From positions 1 through 53,956 of the forward strand of contig CAYPYV010000002.1 of NCBI GenBank assembly GCA_964414845.1: a DNA stretch of 53,956 bases, written 5' to 3'. This document shows, one piece after another, positions 36,755 through 45,327 of the stretch. The notes beneath the pieces are model-generated. The model searched no databases, was not told the origin of the DNA, and saw only the letters and a program-made list of their open reading frames with translations. The stretch comes from an uncultured Devosia sp. (GTDB lineage: Bacteria > Pseudomonadota > Alphaproteobacteria > Rhizobiales > Devosiaceae). A program made the position numbers and the translations under genes. Every line of letters begins with the position of its first letter. Within the stretch, counting starts at the first letter, position 1.

Positions 36755-37755
36755 ACGTCCATAGCCCCCTCCCCACTATCGGCTCCGCCGAAGCGACTGC
36801 ACTTTCGGCGACTTCGGGCTACGCGCTGGTCCCCTGCTTCGATCGGGCTGCCTGGGATGGCTTGCTTGCTCGGGCCACATTCGCCCATTTTCCGCAGGAC
36901 TGGGCCTACGCCGAAGGCAAGGTGGCAGGCGGCAAATGGGGCATTCGCCGCTTCATCATTCGCCGGGGCGACATCGATCGCGCGCTGGTGACCGTGCTCG
37001 AATATCGGATCATGGGCCTGACAGTACTGAGCCGCATCAATCGCGGTCCGGTGTTTCTGGTGAGCGACGCCACCGAAGACGAGCTGGCCGAGGTGCTGCG
37101 CTTGCTGCGTCGCACCTGCCGTGGCCTGCTGATGTTCGCAGCCCCCTCGATCTCGGAAAATGAGACTGCCAGTCGAGTCATGCCGCGCGCCGGCTTCGTA
37201 CGCTGGCAGAAGCTCGGATGGAGCTCGGGCCGTATCGACATCTCCCGCCCCGAAAGCGAAGTCTTCGCGGGTTTTGCCGCGCCCTTCCGCAACCGTGTTC
37301 GCGTTGGGCTGAAATCGTCTGCCGTGGTGCGGGCCAGCGTCGACCGGGGGGCCTATGACTGGCTGCTCGATCGCCATGTGGAGAACATGCGCGACAAGGC
37401 GTTCAAGGCCTTTACCCCGCTGCAGCTGCAGGCGCTTCGCGACGCGGCCATGCCGGGCAACGTGACAGTGTTCCGGGTATTCGTGGACGAGCGCCCGGTT
37501 GCGGGCATGTCTGTCGTCCGCTTCGGCGACACCGCGGAGTACCACATCGGCTGGTTCGGCCCTGACGGTCGCGCCGTCAATGCCGGCAACCTCCTGATGT
37601 GGCGGATCATTCAGGAACTGCGCCTTCTCGGCGTCAAGAGCTTCGATGTCGGCGGCATGCGCCCCGGCGACGGATACACCCGCTTCAAGCAGGGGATGCG
37701 CCCTCAGCTATACACATTGAGCGGCGATTGGTTGGGATTGGGGAAAATGCCATGA
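36751..37755 (+). CDS. FemAB/FemX-like tandem GNAT protein
   Basis: HFPQDWAYAE, INRGPV, FRNRVR, GNLLMWRII...FDVGG...YTRFKQG pattern of the FemAB/GNAT family; coupled to neighbours by 4-nt overlaps. Confidence 0.72.
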   Translation: MNVHSPLPTIGSAEATALSATSGYALVPCFDRAAWDGLLARATFAHFPQDWAYAEGKVAGGKWGIRRFIIRRGDIDRALVTVLEYRIMGLTVLSRINRGPVFLVSDATEDELAEVLRLLRRTCRGLLMFAAPSISENETASRVMPRAGFVRWQKLGWSSGRIDISRPESEVFAGFAAPFRNRVRVGLKSSAVVRASVDRGAYDWLLDRHVENMRDKAFKAFTPLQLQALRDAAMPGNVTVFRVFVDERPVAGMSVVRFGDTAEYHIGWFGPDGRAVNAGNLLMWRIIQELRLLGVKSFDVGGMRPGDGYTRFKQGMRPQLYTLSGDWLGLGKMP

Positions 37756-39170
37756 ATCTGCTGGATGTCGCCCGGGGTGCCTACGTTCGCAGCCCCGACA
37801 TCGTTAGGAAGTCCCTTGCGCCGCTGGTGGCGCTGGTGCCCACACGGGCCAAGTTCGGCGGGACCTTTCGTGAATGGCAGCAGCAGATCGCGCTTGCCGA
37901 CGTGAACCATGAGTACGCGGCACAGGCGCATCTGACCGCGCTGCGCGGCCTGATTCAGAAGGCGCGTGAGAACAGCCCCTACTACCGCGCATTGCTGGAC
38001 GCAGCGCTCGGCGAAGGTTTCGATTTGTCCCGCTTTGCTCCCGAGCACCTGCGTTTGCTGCCAATCTTGAGCAAGAGCGATCTGCGCGATGCGGGCGATG
38101 CGGCGCTGACCGTGCCGCGCAACATGGTCGACACTGCCGATACCAGCGGTTCGAATGGCGAGCGGCCATTCCGCTTCTATCTCGACAAGGATCGCAGCGC
38201 CCGGGAGATGGCCTTCGTCTACCATGGTTGGAGCAAGATCGGCTTCGAACCCGGCATGCCCAAGATCGTCCTGCGCGGCTTTGGGCTGCATCCGAAGGGT
38301 TTGTCGACGGTCGAATGGGAGCCTGCGCTCCGCGAACTCCGGCTTTCGGTATTCCCGATGACGCCATCTGACGTGGTCGAATACGTGCGGCTGATCGACC
38401 AGCGGGAGATCGACTACCTTTACGGCTATCCCTCCGCGATCGAGCTCATGTGCCGCCACATGTGTGCACTCGGCATTCGTCCCAAGCGCACCTTCAAGGC
38501 AATCTTGCCAATCTCGGAACCGGTCTATCCTCACCAGCGCAGCCTATTCGCCGAGGTGCTCGGGCCGGTCCCGGTGCAAGGCTTTTATGGTCTCAGCGAG
38601 AAAGCCGCGTTTGCCGTTGAGCGGGCGAACGACCCCGACGTCTATGATTTCCACCCACTCTATGGGGCGACGGAACTCGTCGGCTGGGACGACGCGCCGG
38701 TAACAGAGCCGGGCACGCAGGGCCGCCTCGTTGCGACAGGCTTCCTGTCCACCGGCATGCCCTTCATACGATACGACACGGAAGACTTGGCGGAACTTGT
38801 GGAGGCGCCCACTCTCGCCAACGGCTACCGCCTGACTGTGCGGCGGATTGTTCCGCGCCGGAAGCCGAATTTCCTTGTCTCTGTGGATGGCAACCGGGTG
38901 GTGACCATCGACTTCACCCCCGAAAACCCGCGCTATTTCGAAGGCCTGCAGGAATACCAGTTCTACCAGGTCGAGCCGGGGCGCGCCACCGTCCGGTATA
39001 TTCCTACCGAGGACGGGACTGAAGAAGACGCACGGCGCGTGGCCGATGGCCTGACCGCCCGCACCCATGGTCGTATCGTGTTCGGAATCGAAAAGGTCGA
39101 GCAACTGGCCGGCGGCCGCGCCGGCAAGCGCGCCTTTATCGACCAGCGCCTCGATCTCTCGCGCTATTGA
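37752..39170 (+). CDS. CapK-like adenylate-forming enzyme (phenylacetate-CoA ligase family)
   Basis: LPILSK, TSGSNG P-loop, YGYPS, FYGLSE, MPFIRYDTED, C-terminal GK; start MNLLDV at 37752. Confidence 0.85.
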   Translation: MNLLDVARGAYVRSPDIVRKSLAPLVALVPTRAKFGGTFREWQQQIALADVNHEYAAQAHLTALRGLIQKARENSPYYRALLDAALGEGFDLSRFAPEHLRLLPILSKSDLRDAGDAALTVPRNMVDTADTSGSNGERPFRFYLDKDRSAREMAFVYHGWSKIGFEPGMPKIVLRGFGLHPKGLSTVEWEPALRELRLSVFPMTPSDVVEYVRLIDQREIDYLYGYPSAIELMCRHMCALGIRPKRTFKAILPISEPVYPHQRSLFAEVLGPVPVQGFYGLSEKAAFAVERANDPDVYDFHPLYGATELVGWDDAPVTEPGTQGRLVATGFLSTGMPFIRYDTEDLAELVEAPTLANGYRLTVRRIVPRRKPNFLVSVDGNRVVTIDFTPENPRYFEGLQEYQFYQVEPGRATVRYIPTEDGTEEDARRVADGLTARTHGRIVFGIEKVEQLAGGRAGKRAFIDQRLDLSRY

Positions 39171-40411
39171 GCGAGGCCGAGCGCCACAAGGAGGTCGCGG
39201 TCAGCCACCGCGGCCCCTTCTCCCACGATCACGGTCATGCCAAACGGATTGGAGTATTCCCACACGCTCCACGGTATGCCATGCGCCTCGGCGATGCTGC
39301 GCGCCGCCCGGATATAGCGCGAGCGATCGGCTTCGGGTGCGCCGATCTTGCGGTCAGCCGATTGCACGATCACGCCGAACTCGCCCATGAACAAGCGGCT
39401 CGTCGGAATGCCGTGACGGTTGGCCCAGGCGACAGCCTCGCCGATCCGCGCTTCGAGCCGAGCCTCATCCCAGGTCTCGGAAAAATACTCCTGAACAGCG
39501 GGGAGCACGGCGCCGATCTGCCGATACTGGTCGAGTTCCGGCACGCCGGCCGCAGTCATGGTATCTCGCAGCCCCGCGATGGCCTGTTCTGCCGTCATGC
39601 CGCTGTTTGGCCAAGGCAGGCCAGAGCCATAGTCGCCCTCGGTCGGCGGCTGCTGGTGGGTGAACACATGCGGCTCGTACATATGGAAACTGTAGAGGAT
39701 GTGCGGGTCGTCAAATGTCGGCTTGAGCGCAACCAGGCCATCGACGCCGCCGGCGCAGAGCCCCGTCGCAACGATGGTGATCTCCTGCGATACGGCGCGG
39801 ATGGCGGCAACCTGGGTCTCCATGACCTTCTGCCAGTCAGCCTGTTGCGGGGCTTCGCAGGGGTAAAGCGTCGGCTCGTTGAAGGGCTCGATCGCGAGCA
39901 TTTCCGTACCGAGCGGCAGAAGGCCCTGTGTCAGATCGACCACCATCTGGCGGTATCCGGCGATCTCGGCGCTGTCGGCACCCGCGATCATCACGTCCTT
40001 GCCATATTTCGGCACCTGGCTGACCGAGTGCAGGTTGACCACAACAGAGAGATCGGCGTCGATCAGCTTGCTGGCCGCCTCGCGGATGACCGCAATGGCC
40101 TCGTCACGCCTGTCGCCCGAGCTGTCGAGCAGCGGGCCGGGGTCGACCGTGAGTCGCACGAAATCGAAACCCAGTGTCCGGATCCGCGCCACAGGATCCG
40201 TCGCTGGCCAATCGCTGAGGGGGCGATAGCGCGTCAGCCATTCCTCGACCGTCTGGTAAGGGGGCCAGCGATAGGATCCATCCTGCTCGAGCGGCGACCA
40301 GTTCAACCACTCGTGCAGGCCGACGCCTCTATGTATGTCGAAACCCAGCGCGGGCTGGACGAGAAGCGCGGCAAGGGTGAGACTCGGCAGCAGTGCGGCA
40401 CGCTTGTGCAT
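39164..40411 (-). CDS. Secreted glycoside hydrolase family 5
   Basis: Signal peptide; GFDFVRL, VVVNLH, NEP acid/base, SFHMYEP, GEFG nucleophile, WSVW. Confidence 0.88.
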   Translation of the reverse strand: MHKRAALLPSLTLAALLVQPALGFDIHRGVGLHEWLNWSPLEQDGSYRWPPYQTVEEWLTRYRPLSDWPATDPVARIRTLGFDFVRLTVDPGPLLDSSGDRRDEAIAVIREAASKLIDADLSVVVNLHSVSQVPKYGKDVMIAGADSAEIAGYRQMVVDLTQGLLPLGTEMLAIEPFNEPTLYPCEAPQQADWQKVMETQVAAIRAVSQEITIVATGLCAGGVDGLVALKPTFDDPHILYSFHMYEPHVFTHQQPPTEGDYGSGLPWPNSGMTAEQAIAGLRDTMTAAGVPELDQYRQIGAVLPAVQEYFSETWDEARLEARIGEAVAWANRHGIPTSRLFMGEFGVIVQSADRKIGAPEADRSRYIRAARSIAEAHGIPWSVWEYSNPFGMTVIVGEGAAVADRDLLVALGLAQ

Positions 40412-40509
40412 GACACCATGTCCTCTTGTTCGTCGGGCGCCGCGTGGGCGCAGTCACATGGACATTGCATGCAGCCGGTATAGGAACCCTCAAAGAGGCA
40501 ACAAGAAAC

Positions 40510-42393
40510 GTGAACCTGATCTGGACGCTGAAACGGCTTTCGAACATGGGGCCGGCCGAAATTCTCCACCGCGTGGTGGAGCAGGTGCATCGCGCCCGGT
40601 GGCGTCGCGTGCCGCCCGGCTGGTCGCGCTGGCCGCTATCTGCCTTGCCCGAAACACCGCTGCTGGCGGAAAGGCTTGGCGGCGCGCCGGAGGCCTTGCG
40701 TCATGCAATCGCCGAGGATGCCGGGCGCATCCTTTCTGGCGCATTTTCGGCACTTGGCCGGGACTGGCCTAAGCGTTCATCCGAAAACCTGTTCCCGGCG
40801 GAATTCTGGCGGCTGGACCCGGTGACAGGCAAACTCTGGCCCGGCGCCGAGGCCTATTGCTTCGCCATTGACTTTCGCCATGACGGAAGCCGGGGCGATG
40901 TGAAATATGTATGGGAACCCAATCGGCTGCAGGATCTGGCGCTGCTCGCAGCAGACTGGCGCCTCAACCAGCGGCCCGCGAGCCTCGTGGCAATCGAGGC
41001 AGGGATTGCCAGCTGGCACGGCGCCAACCCACCCTTCGGCGGTATCGGCTGGGCAAGCGGCATCGAGGTCGCCCTCCGTGCCATTAGCCTGGTGCTGGTT
41101 CTTGCGTTCGCCGGCCCGGATTTGAACCCGGAAACGCGCGGGCGGATCAGCCAGATTCTCTCGGCATCGCAATACTGGCTCGGGCTGTTTCCGTCGCTCC
41201 ACTCCTCGGCCAACAACCATCGAGTGGCAGAGCTTGCCGGGCTCGTCGCGATTGCGGCAGCCAGTGGGGCAGAGACAGCGTCGCATCTGTCAGCACTGGA
41301 AGAAGAAGTGCTGAAGCAGATTCGTCCCGATGGCAGCCCGGCAGAGCAGAGCCCCAATTACGGCGCCTTCACTGTCGAGATGGCACTCGTCGCCATGGGA
41401 CTGGCGGCACATCGCCCGGCACTTGCCGAACGGCTTGGCGCATTTGCACGCTATGTAGCCGCACTTGGTCGGTCACATCTGCTGGCGCCTGGCGACGACG
41501 ACGAGGGCCGTGTGTTGCGCGATCCCGCCGCCTGCGAAGACTATCCCTTGGCCATAGCCGACACGGTAGGGACAGAGGCCGGTGGCAACCCCGTTACGGG
41601 GTCACTTCGAGCCCTGTTGTTTGGCCTCGGTCAGGCTAGGCCGGAAAGGCCTGCGGGCCTCGTGACATTCGACGATGGCGGGCTCACGATGTGGCACGGA
41701 ACCATCGGAAGCCGCAGCCTGCACCTCGGCTTCGACCATGGCCCGCTCGGATATCTGTCGATTGCGGCGCATGGGCATGCGGATGCGCTGGCGCTGACCC
41801 TCGCTATCGACGACCTGCCGGTCTTCGCCGACCCCGGGACCTATCTCTATGGCTCGGGTGGCCCATGGCGCCGCTGGTTCCGCGGTACGCGGGCGCACAA
41901 TACGCTCAGCATAGCGGGGGAGAACCAGAGCCTCATCGCCGGCGCCTTCAACTGGACGCAGCACGCCCGCGCCAGATTGATTTCGGCCCGGCAGGATGGC
42001 GCCCAGTTGACGCTTGCCGCAAGCCATGACGGGTATATTCGCCGCTTCGGCGCCACCCATCGGCGTGAGATCACCATTGCGGGCGACGACATCGTGGTGC
42101 GCGATGCGCTGATCGGGATGGCGCAGCCACTCGCGGCGGAAATCGTCTGGCAACTGGGTCCCGACATTGAAGTAGAGCTCGCCGAAGGCGGCATAAGGCT
42201 CATTGCCGATGGCGCTGCGCTCGGTACGCTCATGCTGCCGAAAGGCGACCTCGTGGTCAACAAGGGCGCGCCTGGCGAAGATGGCGGATGGGTATCGCCG
42301 CATTTCGGCCGCCTCATGCCCGCAACCCGCATAGCATGGCGCGGTCCGGTCGATGCGGCGGGGGTGGAAACCCGCTTGCGCATGGCGCCTTAG
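40510..42393 (+). CDS. Heparinase II/III-family protein
   Basis: DVKYVWEPNR, NPP, NNH, EQSPNY, HGHAD, DPGTYLY, HNT, SHDGY motifs; GTG start at 40510, no signal peptide. Confidence 0.87.
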   Translation: MNLIWTLKRLSNMGPAEILHRVVEQVHRARWRRVPPGWSRWPLSALPETPLLAERLGGAPEALRHAIAEDAGRILSGAFSALGRDWPKRSSENLFPAEFWRLDPVTGKLWPGAEAYCFAIDFRHDGSRGDVKYVWEPNRLQDLALLAADWRLNQRPASLVAIEAGIASWHGANPPFGGIGWASGIEVALRAISLVLVLAFAGPDLNPETRGRISQILSASQYWLGLFPSLHSSANNHRVAELAGLVAIAAASGAETASHLSALEEEVLKQIRPDGSPAEQSPNYGAFTVEMALVAMGLAAHRPALAERLGAFARYVAALGRSHLLAPGDDDEGRVLRDPAACEDYPLAIADTVGTEAGGNPVTGSLRALLFGLGQARPERPAGLVTFDDGGLTMWHGTIGSRSLHLGFDHGPLGYLSIAAHGHADALALTLAIDDLPVFADPGTYLYGSGGPWRRWFRGTRAHNTLSIAGENQSLIAGAFNWTQHARARLISARQDGAQLTLAASHDGYIRRFGATHRREITIAGDDIVVRDALIGMAQPLAAEIVWQLGPDIEVELAEGGIRLIADGAALGTLMLPKGDLVVNKGAPGEDGGWVSPHFGRLMPATRIAWRGPVDAAGVETRLRMAP

Positions 42394-42398
42394 GGTGC

Positions 42399-42427
42399 TT
42401 GACACCCCGCGCTGCCAAACCTAATAA
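42399..42427 (+). promoter_or_regulatory. Sigma70-type promoter of the tRNA gene
   Basis: TTGACA-N17-TAATAA followed by a GC-rich discriminator. Confidence 0.65.
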
Positions 42428-42466
42428 GGCCGCGCGCTGACGCGCCGGGGTTCGTTCCCCTGCCGT

Positions 42467-42543
42467 GGCGGAGTAGCTCAGTTGGTTAGAGCAGCGGAAT
42501 CATAATCCGTGTGTCGGGGGTTCAAATCCCTCCTCCGCTACCA
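42467..42543 (+). tRNA. tRNA-Met (CAT), elongator type
   Basis: 77 nt cloverleaf: GGCGGAG/CTCCGCT acceptor, GCTC/GAGC D stem, GCGGA-ATCATAA-TCCGT anticodon arm, GTTCAAATC T loop, encoded CCA. Confidence 0.96.
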
Positions 42544-42622
42544 AAATTCTTCGTCAAAATTGTTGAATTGGCAGGAGGCGAAGAAACGCGGGCCCGCACC
42601 TTTTTGACGCGAGCCCGATTTG

Positions 42623-42934
42623 CTACTTGCCGGCGCCGGCGCCCTTGTCGTCGCTCTTGTGGCTTTGCCGGCCGGCTGGCGCATGCTGCTCCGGAGTGCC
42701 GCCACGGCCCGACGCGCCGCCGGTCTTGCTGCCAGAATCGGACTGCGAGCTGGACTTGCTCTCAGCCCCGGAGCTGCCGCGGGCGCCCTTGTCGTCGTTC
42801 TTGTGACTCTGCCCACCAGCCTCGGCATGCTGCTCGGACATGCCGCCGCGCGTGGGGCCATTGCTTGACTTGCTGTCGGAGCCAGACTTGGAGCGGTTAC
42901 CGCTCATGTCGTCTTTGTTGTCCTGATTGGCCAT
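42623..42934 (-). CDS. Hydrophilic, low-complexity general stress protein with two RGGxxEQHAxAGxQSHKxDDKG repeats
   Basis: Start MANQDN at 42934 with AGAGGAG RBS; internal duplication visible at DNA and protein level. Confidence 0.8.
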   Translation of the reverse strand: MANQDNKDDMSGNRSKSGSDSKSSNGPTRGGMSEQHAEAGGQSHKNDDKGARGSSGAESKSSSQSDSGSKTGGASGRGGTPEQHAPAGRQSHKSDDKGAGAGK

Positions 42935-42974
42935 GATGAAATCTCCTCTAGCCGGCATGATGCCAGAGCCGAAC

Positions 42975-42999
42975 AACCTCCCCGCGGCACGCCTGTTCC
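42975..42999 (-). promoter_or_regulatory. EcfG/RpoE2-type general stress promoter
   Basis: Minus strand GGAAC-N16-GGTT about 40 bp upstream of the stress protein start. Confidence 0.7.
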
Positions 43000-43245
43000 T
43001 CAGCTTCGGCAAAAAACAGTTTGCGGGAAGCACCGGCGGCAGTCGGGCCTCGCCATAGTCAGTGAACCGAAATGCTCGGAGCCATGGATTGGCGTCGTCG
43101 AAGCGCATCGAAAGCGGCGGCTCACGGGGCCAAGGCGCACCGCCACCACGCGGCCATGCTTGATCTTTGCAACCTGCGGGCGAGTTGCGAGTTGTTCTGA
43201 GGCTTCGCGATGCGTGTCGCATCCTGACGCCTGGAATTCCGAAAC

Positions 43246-43581
43246 ATGCGCGAATACTCGGCCGACGCCTCGGTTGTCTCGAAGATCGAGGCGGTGCGAC
43301 TTGCACTCCCTGTCTGGGTGCAGAATACCGCCGAACTTGTTGAGCATGCCGAGAATGCAGAGCGCGCCGCAGTAAGGCCAAATCCTGAGACGGAAGAGCG
43401 CGCGCGCAAGCTGATCGTAGAGGTGGCCGAATGGCAGCAGTCGCTGACCGAGTGGCAGATGTTGGAGCTTTCCCCGCGACTGAAGGCGGAGTTGCGCATT
43501 CTTAAGGCGACGCTCGACGCCTCAATGGACGAAGCCAACCACGCAGCGGCTGGTCTGCACCTCTTCGGGCCAGACTGCTGA
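43246..43581 (+). CDS. Hypothetical alpha-helical protein
   Basis: 111 aa acidic helical composition, followed by a GC hairpin; no recognisable family. Confidence 0.55.
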   Translation: MREYSADASVVSKIEAVRLALPVWVQNTAELVEHAENAERAAVRPNPETEERARKLIVEVAEWQQSLTEWQMLELSPRLKAELRILKATLDASMDEANHAAAGLHLFGPDC

Positions 43582-43777
43582 GCGCCCTCGTCATGGGTGC
43601 GGAAAATGCGGGGCGGGTTACGCACGCCCCCCCCAAATGGCCGCTGGGCTTTGATTGCGAGTCCGATTCCATGCCGCTTCATCACGAAAGGGTGCTAAGA
43701 TCAAAAAGCAGAAGGTTTGGCCAGCTGCACCCGGGTATGGCTTTCGCCTCGCGAGCCTCCAGCATTGAGGGCCCGCG

Positions 43778-44839
43778 ATGGATGCCCCTGATATACTTCC
43801 CGAGAACAATGCCTTGAGCCTGGCCCTAGCCGTGGTGGGGGCGTCGAGTACCCCGCTGATGTTGCTGAGCGGCGAACTTGTGGTTGTCGCAGCCAGCAAC
43901 TCATTCTGTTCGGCATTTGGTCTCGACCCGGCAGACGTGGCGGGCCACCCGGTCCTGAGCCTCGGTCAGGGCGAGTGGAATGTTCCGCAGCTGGCGGCGC
44001 TTCTCGAAGCGACGGCGCTCGGCGCCGCTGACATTCATGCCTACGAACTGGATCTGCCGTCTCCAGCCGGAGGCATACGCCATTTGGTGCTCAACGCCAG
44101 TCTGCTGAACTATAGCGACAAGCGGGAAGTCAGGCTGCTTCTCGCTATTGCCGACGTTACCGAAGCGCGCGCCAGCGAAAAGCTAAAGGATGACCTGATC
44201 CGCGAGAAGGCCATCCTGCTGAAGGAAGTGCAACACCGCATTGCCAACAGCCTTCAGATCATCGCCAGCGTCTTGCTGCAAAGCGCCAGGCGGGTGCAGT
44301 CCGAGGAGACCCGTGGACACCTGAAAGACGCGCATAGCCGCGTGATGTCGATTGCATCCGTGCAGCAGCAGCTTGCCAAGTCCACCGAGGGGGACGTCCC
44401 CTTGCGGCCGTACTTTACGCAGCTTTGCACAAGCCTTGGCGCCTCGATGATCGAAGACCCGGGCCGACTGCGCATAGACGTGGATGTCGAAGACCGGGTC
44501 GTCAACTCGGCTGTTTCGGTGAGCCTGGGCCTTGTGGTCACAGAGTTGGTCATCAACTCGCTCAAGCACGCCTTTCCCGGGGGGAGAGAAGGTCGCATCA
44601 CGGTCAAGTATACCAGTGATGGACCGAACTGGGCGCTCATCGTCAGCGACGATGGCGTTGGCATGGGTGACGCTGAGCTTACGAAGCCCGGACTTGGGAC
44701 CAGCATAGTGGAAGCCCTGGCGAGCCAGTTGGAAGCAGAGGTGCGCGTCGACGACGGCCACCCTGGTACAGTGGTATCCGTCGCCCACAGCGAAGACGGC
44801 CGCCCGAGTGTGACACCGCCGGGCGACGGCGGGCGCTAG
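43778..44839 (+). CDS. Cytoplasmic PAS sensor histidine kinase, HisKA_2/HWE class
   Basis: H-box LLKEVQHRIANSLQ, ELVINSLKHAF, VSDDGVG, GLGTSIV; N-terminal PAS, no TM. Confidence 0.92.
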   Translation: MDAPDILPENNALSLALAVVGASSTPLMLLSGELVVVAASNSFCSAFGLDPADVAGHPVLSLGQGEWNVPQLAALLEATALGAADIHAYELDLPSPAGGIRHLVLNASLLNYSDKREVRLLLAIADVTEARASEKLKDDLIREKAILLKEVQHRIANSLQIIASVLLQSARRVQSEETRGHLKDAHSRVMSIASVQQQLAKSTEGDVPLRPYFTQLCTSLGASMIEDPGRLRIDVDVEDRVVNSAVSVSLGLVVTELVINSLKHAFPGGREGRITVKYTSDGPNWALIVSDDGVGMGDAELTKPGLGTSIVEALASQLEAEVRVDDGHPGTVVSVAHSEDGRPSVTPPGDGGR

Positions 44840-45106
44840 AAACGTCTGCAATGACAAAGAGGGCAAGGGGCATGCCGCACCTGAGCATGTGATTACCGCC
44901 AGCCTGAATGGAGGATCCCCCCGTTTCGAGGCCGCTCGCTATGTCGATCCATCATGTACGGCGCGCTCGGTCCAGTACTGTTCGGCGCACCGGATGCCGA
45001 AGACCTACCCGCCGCCGCGGTTGGGCGAATCTGCTCTTCGACGCAACGCCCGGACTGCCAAGCATCGCGTGCATTGCGTCGCTCGCGACGCTGGGTATGT
45101 TCGTGA

Positions 45107-45279
45107 CACGCCTGCCGCAATTCGGAATTCTGAACTGGGTCTTCCCGATATGGTCCCGTTGGCGGGAGCAGGAGAACTCCATGAAGGCGTCGCAGTTCGC
45201 TGCAGGGCAGATCGACTTCTTGCTCAGACACGTCATCCGGGCAGAATCGGTGAATGCAGCAGCCATCTGGATTGGATAG
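45107..45279 (+). mobile_element. Degenerate left end of an IS3-family (IS407-like) element, orfA remnant
   Basis: AGGAGA RBS then MKASQFAAGQIDFLLRH at 45181, resembling IS3 orfA N-termini (MKASKFSxAQIAFILKQ); stops at 45279, no orfB; left boundary approximate. Confidence 0.55.
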
Positions 45280-45327
45280 GCTCACGCCCGACGAATGGCT
45301 TCACATCTTTCGCGAGGGGTTTTGCGG

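Noticed and set aside
42467-42543. Initiator tRNA-fMet or tRNA-Ile2
   Set aside because: No C1:A72 mismatch or three consecutive G:C pairs in the anticodon stem; acceptor stem lacks the C4/C5 TilS determinants known from E. coli (Ile2 not formally excluded without a covariance model)
42623-43381. 252-aa ORF; DNA direct repeats as a possible array
   Set aside because: Only the last 103 aa have an RBS and promoter; the repeats are an intragenic duplication
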